Positions 1 through 7,399 of a stretch of 20,000 nt of DNA are shown piece after piece. The DNA comes from an uncultured virus (IMG/VR IMGVR_UViG_3300037508_001402) (Duplodnaviria; Heunggongvirae; Uroviricota; Caudoviricetes). Location of the stretch: the IMG/VR virus record IMGVR_UViG_3300037508_001402; one strand, 5' to 3'. The number at the start of each line of letters is the position of its first letter. Positions within the stretch are counted from its first letter, which is position 1. Made by a program: the position numbers and the translations under genes. The notes under the pieces were generated by a model. It saw only the letters and a program-made list of their open reading frames with translations. It did not search any database and had not been told where the DNA came from.

Positions 1-336
1 TTTGATTACAGGCTCAGGATCTGGGTACCCATTTGCCAAAGAGAAGGCTTGCGCATCTTCCCAGCGAGTGAACAACTTAGGCTTTTTGCCAGGGATGTTG
101 ACCGACCACTTGCTGACCTGTTGCAAAAGCGCAGTTTCAACCGCTTGGGTCTGGCTCATCTTCCAAGCCACAGCCAGGGCCTTTTTGGCTGCCAGCGCAG
201 CAGCAGACAGGCGCATTGATGTTGAGCCTGATTGTTTTACCTTGGCAGACTTCGCACCCTTGGGCTTACCCCAAGGCAGGCCCTTTTCGCTTGGGTCTCT
301 GGGCTTGCGCCCTGACTTTCCTTTTACTCCAGACAT
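1..336 (-). CDS. Ribbon-helix-helix (CopG/Arc-like) DNA-binding protein, 3' end runs off window
   Basis: Not in the ORF track; translated by hand. ATG at 336 follows a GAGGAGG RBS and overlaps the ibrB end. Sequence MSGVKGKSGRKPRDPSEKG...STSMRLSAAALAAKKALAVAWKMSQTQAVETALLQQ has a basic N-tail, then a beta-strand/helix/helix RHH-like pattern. Open to position 1. Confidence 0.6.
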   Translation of the reverse strand, partial: MSGVKGKSGRKPRDPSEKGLPWGKPKGAKSAKVKQSGSTSMRLSAAALAAKKALAVAWKMSQTQAVETALLQQVSKWSVNIPGKKPKLFTRWEDAQAFSLANGYPDPEPVIK

Positions 337-992
337 GGTTCCACCTCCTCATAAGATGCTTCCCAGGCTTCAGAGAAATCACGATCAGCAAACAGTTCAG
401 CAAGGCCTGAGATTTGTTTGAGACGAAGAACCTCGTCAGGCTCCATGCCCAGCTCTTTAGCAATCTTCTGATCGTTCCAATTGCGGCGGGCAAGGTCTTG
501 CACGATCTCTGACATGGCGTCAACCTTATGTTTGCCCCTTGCGCGATTGTGGCGAATGGTAGAGGCCATGCGATCATTAAGGTCTTGCCGATCAGCTTTA
601 ACCAGGGTGATGGGCAGATAGCCACGGACACGGGCGCAGACCGCTTTGTCTTCTTTGCCTACCCTGTTACGATGGAACCCGTCAATCACCTCATAATACC
701 CGTTTGTTCCCCAGGCCACGATAGGCTGAGTATAACCGTCCTCAGAGATACTGTGAGCCAAGAGCTTCATCTCAGGCGGAGCCACGCTGTTGGGGTTGTA
801 ATCATTTGCCTCAACAGAGTCATTTTTAACCCACAGCACACAGTCCACTGGTTCATCACGCATGGGGCTGGCTTCGTGCAGGGCCTGACGAATTTCGTTT
901 AATACTGTGATGGCGGTCTCTGGATCAAGGGCTGCAATTTCAGCGGCCAATTCTTTGCCTTTCTCGATCAGGCTTGATTCAAACAGGTTCAT
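324..992 (-). CDS. ibrB: IbrB-like ParB/Srx N-terminal domain protein
   Basis: Motifs EPVDCVLWV, ANDYNPNSVAPPEMKLLAHSISEDGYTQPIV, EVIDGFHR, ASTIRHNRARGKH and LGMEPDEVLRLKQISGL are typical of IbrB/YbdM. Start moved to ATG 992 (GGAGA RBS); the track start at 1256 overlaps ibrA. Confidence 0.9.
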   Translation of the reverse strand: MNLFESSLIEKGKELAAEIAALDPETAITVLNEIRQALHEASPMRDEPVDCVLWVKNDSVEANDYNPNSVAPPEMKLLAHSISEDGYTQPIVAWGTNGYYEVIDGFHRNRVGKEDKAVCARVRGYLPITLVKADRQDLNDRMASTIRHNRARGKHKVDAMSEIVQDLARRNWNDQKIAKELGMEPDEVLRLKQISGLAELFADRDFSEAWEASYEEVEPCLE

Positions 993-1045
993 AGTTGTTT
1001 CTCCATTTTCGTGTATTTCTTTAAATTCGAGGGCTTCATTGGCAA

Positions 1046-2242
1046 TCAAATGTAACTCCATTTTGCTCTTCTCTTTTTCATGATTTTTTTGTACTGAAAA
1101 TATGCCGTGGACTTGGTGGGGCTGAAAGACAAGCTCTTTGCCCAGTAATCGTTTTTCAAAAGCATCTTGCAAATTCGCTTCCAACTTGGGGAGCTTTTGT
1201 CTGTCGGTCCATCGTCGGGGATCGCGCCAAACTGAAACCCCCGCATGTGGTACCAATTCAGGAACACAGAGATCTTGTTTTCATAATGCTCTCTGGTTTG
1301 AGGCGGTAGGCTTTCAAGCAGTAGCTTTGCAAAGCTCTCCCAGGTGTGGCCTTCGGGCTTTGATATGGTGATCCGTCCCAAGATGTTGCCCGACTCGCTG
1401 GCATACAGCGCCCCCTGGTTTGCACCATTGACACGCGCCACAATCTTGCTCCATGTCTCAGGCTCAATCACATGATAGAGCCACAATCCCCGGCGCTGAT
1501 CGTCTCCGTAGGGCTGGCAGATGCGGGCTTGATGAATGGTGAGCCCGGCCCGGTGCATCCGGTCATACAGTTTGTTGTAGGACTTTTCAGGGAATTTGCC
1601 GTGATACGTCCAGATGTCCTCTGTGCGCCAATCATAAATTGGGTATGCGTTATACACGCCCCCGCTTTTCCAGGTTGTCCATTTAAAGCCCTGGTAATTG
1701 CTGCCCCCTGCAATAGCTCTGAAGCGGTTCAGCGATTCATCAGAGCGAATCCCCACAAAACAGCAGGTCAACTGACCGTTGCCATACCAGTGGCCAAAAT
1801 GCTCGATAAACTCTTCAAACTCCATGGCGTAGGTATAAAAGGGGAATTTTGCCTGATCAGTGATCGCGTATTTCGGAGGGGTACGAACCCAATCAGCCTC
1901 TCTGCCTGGCTCCCAACAGACCCATTGGGGCTCAAACTGACTGACGGCATTGCGCAGATGGATGGGCAGAGATACCCAAAAGGGCTCAATGTGCAGGCCA
2001 TACTCTTTGAATGTCGCGTCAATATGCTCGATAGTGAATTTATACTGTGCTTCGAGGTCGATAAACAAAAGCCCGATCTTGCGATTGCGCCTGATCGCCT
2101 CCTCCATGACAAGGTGCAGCATCACGGTTGAATCTTTCCCGCCTGAATAGCTCAGGTAGATTTTAGGGAAATCATCAAAGGCTTTTGCTATGCGCTGACG
2201 GGCAGCGGTTAAAACATCCATTCCAAGGCCAATTTTAGGCAT
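1046..2242 (-). CDS. ibrA: IbrA-like PAPS-reductase-family (PP-loop) protein with DUF3440-type C-terminus
   Basis: PP-loop SYSGGKDS, FIDLEAQY, GIRSDESLNR, YPIYDW, RICQPYGDDQRRGL and SWKRICKMLLKNDYW. Start moved to ATG 2242 (MPKIGLG, GGAGG upstream), overlapping the upstream gene's stop. Confidence 0.9.
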   Translation of the reverse strand: MPKIGLGMDVLTAARQRIAKAFDDFPKIYLSYSGGKDSTVMLHLVMEEAIRRNRKIGLLFIDLEAQYKFTIEHIDATFKEYGLHIEPFWVSLPIHLRNAVSQFEPQWVCWEPGREADWVRTPPKYAITDQAKFPFYTYAMEFEEFIEHFGHWYGNGQLTCCFVGIRSDESLNRFRAIAGGSNYQGFKWTTWKSGGVYNAYPIYDWRTEDIWTYHGKFPEKSYNKLYDRMHRAGLTIHQARICQPYGDDQRRGLWLYHVIEPETWSKIVARVNGANQGALYASESGNILGRITISKPEGHTWESFAKLLLESLPPQTREHYENKISVFLNWYHMRGFQFGAIPDDGPTDKSSPSWKRICKMLLKNDYWAKSLSFSPTKSTAYFQYKKIMKKRRAKWSYI

Positions 2243-2606
2243 TTTCTTCCTCCAGTTTTGTTCTTTGTCCGAGGATAGAATCAACTTCCTCTTGGGTGAT
2301 CTCGACGATCTGCGCTTCTCGCACTTGGCAGAAATAGCGTTTAAAATTGCGCCAACTGATTTGCTCTTGCACCTGGTAGACTTTGCCCTCGTCGAGCAGA
2401 TACCAGCAGTAGACGCCCCGTGTTCCTCTTGAGTTTGAATGCGTGTAATCGCGTTTGCGCTCAATAAACTTGCGGCGATAACCGTCAGGGGTGTGCCCCA
2501 AGATTTCAGCGACCCATGGGTTTTTTTTGCGCATGGCGGCTTTTTCGCTTTCGCGCTTGTAAAGCTGATTGACATCAAAATATTCTAGGGATAGCGTGGT
2601 TTTCAT
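2235..2606 (-). CDS. Conserved hypothetical protein of the type found upstream of ibrAB
   Basis: 123 aa, coupled on both sides. Pattern PWVAEILG...RDYTHSNSRGTRGVYCWYLL..G.VY.V....SW....RYFC recalled from ibrA-adjacent proteins; not search-verified. Confidence 0.75.
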   Translation of the reverse strand: MKTTLSLEYFDVNQLYKRESEKAAMRKKNPWVAEILGHTPDGYRRKFIERKRDYTHSNSRGTRGVYCWYLLDEGKVYQVQEQISWRNFKRYFCQVREAQIVEITQEEVDSILGQRTKLEEENA

Positions 2607-4307
2607 TTACAGCTCCAGAAATATTTCAGCATTGGATTGGTATTTCTCGCAGGCAGATTGAACCCGCTCCCAGAGTTCAACAGAGTCAGGAACACGCTTG
2701 CCCACTGCCCCGGCCCCACCTGTGCGCACATTGTTGATTGCCCAAAAATCACCATCATGACCATTGTTGACCACAGCCCAGATATGGGATTCTGTGCGCA
2801 CAAACCAGCGACCGCCACCATAAATGTTTTGGGGGTCAAAAGGAAAGTCAATGCGTGAACCCTCAAGCTCGACAGGATGATCGTAATCACCCACAGTTTC
2901 ACCGTCTTTCATAATCTGTGAGTGGATGGCGGTCAATTCAGCGGAGGCCTGCTTGCGCTCTGTTTTGCGGGCATCCTCAGCCAAAAGCGGGGCTGATTCA
3001 TCTTCGGTGGCCAATACATACTCATAACGGGTATACCATGGCATATCTTCATCAGGGCTGCCAAAGCTCAGGGGCTCTTGGGTATATTTCGGCTCCTCAA
3101 CGCGAACCACTTTGATGATCTCTTTGGTGCCATTGAGACGATTTTTGCGCATGATTTGACCCTCTTGGATAGGCGCATATCTTGAAGCACTCCAGGCAGT
3201 ATCACAAGAGACACCCTGAGCAGCCCGCTGGGTTCTGCGCTCTGCTTCTCTGTCTGCCATTTCTTTGATCTTGGCGGTCTGTTTGGCTTCTTTGTCTTCA
3301 AAGATTTTGCGGATCTTTGTCAGGGCTTGACGAGATTCTTCGAGGTTTTCAAATGGCAGCAACCAAGCTTTTTTGGTTCCGTTGTACTCACGTCCTTTGA
3401 CTGACCGGGCAATCTCAACAGCATCAGGCTCATACGGGAAAGCCACACTGATGTATTGACCTTCACGGCTCAAGGCATAGTGAACAGAGCGAAACTCTTC
3501 AAAGATCCCAGGCCAGGCTTGTTCTGAAAATTCCAAGAGTTGTTGTTTGGTGGCGGCTTTCTCAGCAAAGAACCCGCGAATGTCTTCAATCGCTTTTTTA
3601 ATTGCTTCGGCATTGTCACCAGTGACATCAATAACCCAGCGGTTCATCATCTCAGGTTGAAACTTAAACCCGGCCAATTTAGCGATTTCTGAAGCAGATG
3701 AACTTTTGGGCATCACCAAGATCAACTGAGTTGTGTGAAAGGAATTAAACACAACCTCAACGCCCAAATGCTTACCGCAAATAGATTTAAGGCTCTCTGC
3801 TGCAATCATGGATTGCTGACGGGTATAAGCCTCATCAGCAAGTTTTTGGGCCTGCTCTTTGTTTGCTTTCTTATCACGAGCTGCCAAGGTCTTTTTGACT
3901 TTCAAGGCAACCTCTTCAGCCTCTTCAGCATCAAGCACAGTCTGGAGTGCCCATACGTTTGCATAGGAGTTATAACGGGCTCCGGGGCGCGTGACATCAA
4001 TTTTGCCCTCAGACTCGCCCAGGTGATCTGTAATCATTTTTGCGGTCCAGCCACGGGCCTCGATCTCTTTTTTCTTGATCCAGCCCTCAGCAGGGGGAGC
4101 AACAAGAAAATCCTCAATTTCAAAATCTTCAATTGACTCCCACTCAGCAGGGATGTCAATACGGAAGTGGGCCATGTCGCTGCCCAGAACGTAAAAATAC
4201 TGCCCGTCCAAATTGGTGAGCAGCATTTTTTTATTGGGGTTCTTTGTGCGAAAGAATTTGACAGCGGCCCCGGTCTGGATGCTATCTTTGAGTTGAGTTA
4301 AATTCAT
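2607..4307 (-). CDS. 566-aa multidomain hypothetical protein with HARP-like repeats
   Basis: Long ORF with AAGGAG RBS. Segments VAFPYEPDAVEIARSVKGREYNGTKKAWLLP and AKLAGFKFQPEMMNRWVIDV resemble HARP/DUF5710-like modules. C-terminal IYGGGRWF...NNGHDGDFWAINNVRTGGAGA block. Confidence 0.8.
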   Translation of the reverse strand: MNLTQLKDSIQTGAAVKFFRTKNPNKKMLLTNLDGQYFYVLGSDMAHFRIDIPAEWESIEDFEIEDFLVAPPAEGWIKKKEIEARGWTAKMITDHLGESEGKIDVTRPGARYNSYANVWALQTVLDAEEAEEVALKVKKTLAARDKKANKEQAQKLADEAYTRQQSMIAAESLKSICGKHLGVEVVFNSFHTTQLILVMPKSSSASEIAKLAGFKFQPEMMNRWVIDVTGDNAEAIKKAIEDIRGFFAEKAATKQQLLEFSEQAWPGIFEEFRSVHYALSREGQYISVAFPYEPDAVEIARSVKGREYNGTKKAWLLPFENLEESRQALTKIRKIFEDKEAKQTAKIKEMADREAERRTQRAAQGVSCDTAWSASRYAPIQEGQIMRKNRLNGTKEIIKVVRVEEPKYTQEPLSFGSPDEDMPWYTRYEYVLATEDESAPLLAEDARKTERKQASAELTAIHSQIMKDGETVGDYDHPVELEGSRIDFPFDPQNIYGGGRWFVRTESHIWAVVNNGHDGDFWAINNVRTGGAGAVGKRVPDSVELWERVQSACEKYQSNAEIFLEL

Positions 4308-4336
4308 GGGGCATCTCCTTTTAGTGTGATACCCCT

Positions 4337-4365
4337 ATTTTATTATGTATTTTATAAAATTGCAA
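4337..4365 (-). promoter_or_regulatory. Sigma70-like promoter for the 566-aa/ibrAB operon
   Basis: Minus strand TTGCAA (4365-4360), 17 nt, TAAAAT (4342-4337) in an AT-rich gap, about 30 nt upstream of ATG 4307. Confidence 0.6.
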
Positions 4366-4378
4366 TACGTTTATAAAA

Positions 4379-4894
4379 TTATTTCTGTCTTTGCGCCAAA
4401 TCAACCAGATCACGGGTCTCGATTTCGAGAAGCCTGTTAGTGGCTGCGTGGACGGCTTCAGCAGGAAAAAAGTTTTTGCTTTGTTCAGTAATTGCTGTGT
4501 GCAATTTTTGGCCAAATTTATTGGGCATGGTCAACTGTCGAATCACAACCACTTTTCCAGTGTTGGCATCGAGAAGATACACGGTCAAAACTGGCATTTG
4601 GGTCTCTGTTAAAACAGGAGGGATTGCCCGTCTATCCTCTGGCATGGCCCAATAGCTAAAAAAAGCATCACACCAGGGCTGTGAGCCAAACTTAAACAGC
4701 AAAACCAGCGTCTCAGGCTGCACATAAACCTGGAATTTAACAGGCCCTTTGCGGATGTCTTCAATCTCTTGGGCTGTCGGTGAGCCATACATCATAATCA
4801 GCTCATGGCCTACATCATAATAGTTGTACTCATTGCGCTCAGGTAGTTCTGTCCTGTTTGGGAAAAAGAGATCGCCGATACCGATTGCGTGCAT
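4379..4894 (-). CDS. Hypothetical protein (171 aa)
   Basis: Start moved to ATG 4894 (GGAGA RBS, just after the upstream stop at 4897). Globular-looking sequence (LLFKFGSQPWCDAFF, LLDANTGKVVVIRQL). Confidence 0.75.
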   Translation of the reverse strand: MHAIGIGDLFFPNRTELPERNEYNYYDVGHELIMMYGSPTAQEIEDIRKGPVKFQVYVQPETLVLLFKFGSQPWCDAFFSYWAMPEDRRAIPPVLTETQMPVLTVYLLDANTGKVVVIRQLTMPNKFGQKLHTAITEQSKNFFPAEAVHAATNRLLEIETRDLVDLAQRQK

Positions 4895-4896
4895 AA

Positions 4897-5109
4897 TTAT
4901 TCTCCAGACGTTTTGATAGATTTTATCATGCACACCTGACAAATCCTGTCATGTTTGGCCCGCGCTTCCTCTGCCCACTTCTGAATCATCGACACCAGCG
5001 CCACAAACTCATCCCGGCATGGCCTCTCCCCCGTGGTCTGGACGATCATAAGCTGGGCAGCGCAGAGTTCTGAGATCTTGGTGAGGGGGTCTTTGGGTGG
5101 TCTGGGCAT
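4897..5109 (-). CDS. Hypothetical protein (70 aa)
   Basis: Abuts neighbours on both sides within the operon; C-terminal CxxC. Confidence 0.6.
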   Translation of the reverse strand: MPRPPKDPLTKISELCAAQLMIVQTTGERPCRDEFVALVSMIQKWAEEARAKHDRICQVCMIKSIKTSGE

Positions 5110-5925
5110 CTATCCCACCATCAGCTCATCATTGTCAGTGCTACGGCCCTTGCGCTTCTTTTTGCCGTATGGCTTCTTGCTCTGCTTGGGCGGCTCATTG
5201 GCCCTCTGCCAGGATTCATCAGACCACTCCCAGCCACGGGCGGAAACCTCATCACGGGCAAACTCTTCAGCAAACATGCCGTATTTTTTCACAGCCCTGC
5301 GCATAGCGTTGAGCATCCTGATCTTGATCTTGGTTTCTTCAGGCATGACCTTTCGGGGTTTTTCGTCCACATAGACATTCACCAGATGATTGAGAGTTGG
5401 ATGCAGGCGCATGAAGTCTCGAACCTTGGCGCGATCCTCCATGGGCAACTCATTGGCAAAGATGGTTTGGAACGGCCCCAACTCATACCGCTCTCTGGGC
5501 TGGACGTAGGGATTGCCTGTGCCCATGATGATGAACTGATCGCGTGGACGGGCAAGCACATGCTCAGGTGCATCAGGCAGCTCCATCATCTTTTCGTACC
5601 AGGGAATAGACACAGGCCTGGGCATGAGGGCGGGGTTGACCGGGAACGTGGGCAGATCAAACAGCTCACAGATATTGTCTCTGAGATAGTCAGGCATGTC
5701 GATCCAGTTATCGCGGGAGTCCCAATAGTCGAAGCCCTTAGCTTTGATCAGGCGCTCAAAGTTGTATTGAGCAGGTGAGCCAGGGCCGCATGAGATGGCC
5801 ACCAATTTGTTCATCTGCTCTTTGATTGTGAGCCCTGATAAATCAGCAGCCTTGACCGCATACTTGATCTTTGCTGTGGGCTCACAGGCGGGCTTGGGTC
5901 TGTCGAAGATGCTCAATTGTGACAT
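5110..5925 (-). CDS. Hypothetical protein (271 aa)
   Basis: GAGGTG RBS. Phage-typical MSQLSIFD start and C-terminal KIRMLNAMRRAVKKYGMFAEEFARDEV motif. Confidence 0.75.
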   Translation of the reverse strand: MSQLSIFDRPKPACEPTAKIKYAVKAADLSGLTIKEQMNKLVAISCGPGSPAQYNFERLIKAKGFDYWDSRDNWIDMPDYLRDNICELFDLPTFPVNPALMPRPVSIPWYEKMMELPDAPEHVLARPRDQFIIMGTGNPYVQPRERYELGPFQTIFANELPMEDRAKVRDFMRLHPTLNHLVNVYVDEKPRKVMPEETKIKIRMLNAMRRAVKKYGMFAEEFARDEVSARGWEWSDESWQRANEPPKQSKKPYGKKKRKGRSTDNDELMVG

Positions 5926-5983
5926 TTCAGCTACACCTCTTGATTATTTACTTATAAAACTATACGATTGTATGTAATCGTAT

Positions 5984-6352
5984 TTAGTTAGAGCGAGGGG
6001 TAACATGGGACTCCCCACACTTGGCGCACTTGGCGCTGCTGACAATATTGAGGGCGTCTGCCACGGGCAGGCTCACCCACTCATGGGTACAGGTTTGGGC
6101 CTGGGCGGCTTGGTGATAGGCGGCAAACTCAGCAGCCTTGATCTCCTTGCCTGCGTTTATTTCTGCAATGGCAGCAGAGATGAACTGGGCGATCTTGCGC
6201 TCTGCTTCGGCGATGCTTTTGGCCTCAAGGTTGAACGTCATGCCTTGGTGCTGGGCTTTGATCTCGATGCCAGACAGGCCCTTGATCGCATCAAAGTACA
6301 TCAGGCCACGGCTTGCACTCCAACCTGTGGGGGTCTTTTTGAGTTTGAGCAT
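5984..6352 (-). CDS. Hypothetical protein with C-terminal Zn-ribbon-like motif; first gene of leftward operon
   Basis: ATG 6352 follows GAGGTG (the track starts at GTG 6361). CTHEW...CAKCG motif. Confidence 0.7.
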   Translation of the reverse strand: MLKLKKTPTGWSASRGLMYFDAIKGLSGIEIKAQHQGMTFNLEAKSIAEAERKIAQFISAAIAEINAGKEIKAAEFAAYHQAAQAQTCTHEWVSLPVADALNIVSSAKCAKCGESHVTPRSN

Positions 6353-6374
6353 CTTGGGCACCTCTGTTTGTTTC

Positions 6375-6475
6375 TTATGTTATCCATACTAACATAACAG
6401 ACAGGGGTAAATCAAGATATTTTTATACTGTGATTGATTATTCGTTGACAATATTTGGTTAGTGAGGTTAACATA
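6375..6475. promoter_or_regulatory. Divergent promoter pair with two related operator-like inverted repeats
   Basis: Leftward: TTGATT (6415-6410), 18 nt, TGn-TAGTAT (6391-6386). Rightward: TTGACA (6445-6450), 18 nt, TAACAT (6469-6474). TTATGTTA-N7-TAACATAA (6375-6397) and TTGGTTA-N7-TAACATA (6455-6475) each overlap a -10 box. Confidence 0.6.
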
Positions 6476-6480
6476 GTGGT

Positions 6481-6798
6481 ATGAGTCACAAAAATCTTGA
6501 ACAAGAAGCTGTTATGCTGGTTTTGAATAAGTCAAACCTCCATGAATTTGGGTTTGATGAAAAAGGAAATCAGTTGAGATACATTCGGTTTTCCGCTGAA
6601 AACATCAAGCAGCTTAGAAAAGAACTCGCTCTGTCGCAGGATAAGCTCGCTTCAGCTATGGACGTGGCCAGAACCACGATCACCCATTACGAATCAGGCT
6701 ACTTAGACAAGCCCTCTTTCGAGATTTTATTGCAACTTGGCAAAGTGTTCTCAGAGCTTGCAGGGTACAAAATCGTATTCTACGCAGACTGGGAATAG
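6481..6798 (+). CDS. XRE-family HTH transcriptional regulator (repressor/Cro-like)
   Basis: IKQLRKELALSQDKLASAMDVARTTITHYESGYLDKPSFEILLQLGKVF is an HTH_3 pattern. Confidence 0.85.
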   Translation: MSHKNLEQEAVMLVLNKSNLHEFGFDEKGNQLRYIRFSAENIKQLRKELALSQDKLASAMDVARTTITHYESGYLDKPSFEILLQLGKVFSELAGYKIVFYADWE

Positions 6799-7047
6799 CC
6801 TTTAGCAGCGTGACTCATGCGCTGTGAACCTTGACAAAAATCAGACCCCCAAAAGTGGGCACGGCCCCTGAAGCCTTGGAGCTTACCCACCTTTCAGCTC
6901 CTACGGTGGCGAGCAGCGTGGCTTGCGCTTATGGTTATTGGTGCAAGCGTTGGCTGTAAGGCTGTTAGATTCAGCCTGTAACCGAATCACTGTGATCTCC
7001 TCTCGCAGTGTTGGCCGTGCTTTCCTTTGGGGGCCTGAGATGATTAT

Positions 7048-7117
7048 TGGCATGTAGCTCAGTGGTAGAGTCCCGTTCTGGACTTGGGAGGTCGCAGGTT
7101 CAAATCCTGCCCGGCTG
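7048..7117 (+). tRNA. tRNA-like element 1 (pseudo; bulged anticodon arm, possible CTG loop; own acceptor strands do not pair)
   Basis: TA-GCTC-AGTGGTA-GAGT D arm and GCAGG-TTCAAAT-CCTGC T arm. The 5' strand TGGCATG is not complementary to the 3' strand CCGGCTG. Confidence 0.55.
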
Positions 7118-7121
7118 TAAT

Positions 7122-7192
7122 GGCCGCGTAGCGCAGTAGGGAGCGCGCCCAAAATAGGCGGAGGGTCGCAGGTTCGATTCCTGCCTTGCCGA
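7122..7192 (+). tRNA. tRNA-like element 2 (pseudo; shortened anticodon arm, no U33; own acceptor strands do not pair)
   Basis: TA-GCGC-AGTAGGGA-GCGC D arm and GCAGG-TTCGATT-CCTGC T arm. Anticodon-position hairpin GCC-CAAAATA-GGC. The 5' strand GGCCGCG is not complementary to the 3' strand CTTGCCG. Confidence 0.55.
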
Positions 7193-7399
7193 CTATCCAA
7201 GAAAAATCCACAGAGGCAACCGTGCCCAATTTGGGACACCTGCCATATTGATGAGCAGCCTGTGGACGGCAGCCTGCGAAATTAGCTTTTTATCGCAAAC
7301 ACTGAGCAAAGGACGCTTTGAGCGGTGGGGATTGCTGGGAATACAAAAGCCGGAGTAAGGCACGAAAGCCTCACCGTAGATCTTCGGGTCTGCGGTTTT

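Noticed and set aside
993..2578. Long N-terminal extensions of the ibrB (to 1256) and ibrA (to 2578) track ORFs
   Set aside because: The extensions overlap upstream genes in other frames; SD-preceded ATGs at 992 and 2242 fit better.
5962..5983. Inverted repeat ATACGATT-N6-AATCGTAT as a terminator
   Set aside because: AT-rich and weak on the minus strand; cannot distinguish operator from terminator or chance.
2..6397. Plus-strand ORFs over the leftward operon (e.g. 2-421, 1472-2131, 3735-4136, 5386-5778, 6005-6397)
   Set aside because: Antisense shadows of well-supported minus-strand genes.
6831..6860. TTGACA as promoter for the RNA locus
   Set aside because: No acceptable -10 hexamer at 16-18 nt spacing.
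7248..7297. Hammerhead-ribozyme-like core (TTGATGA-GCAG...CTGC-GAAA)
   Set aside because: Stem II and the core resemble a hammerhead with a C3U change, but I could not build convincing stems I and III around an NUH site. The segment also pairs in an alternative helix (7207-7266). A covariance-model scan would settle it.
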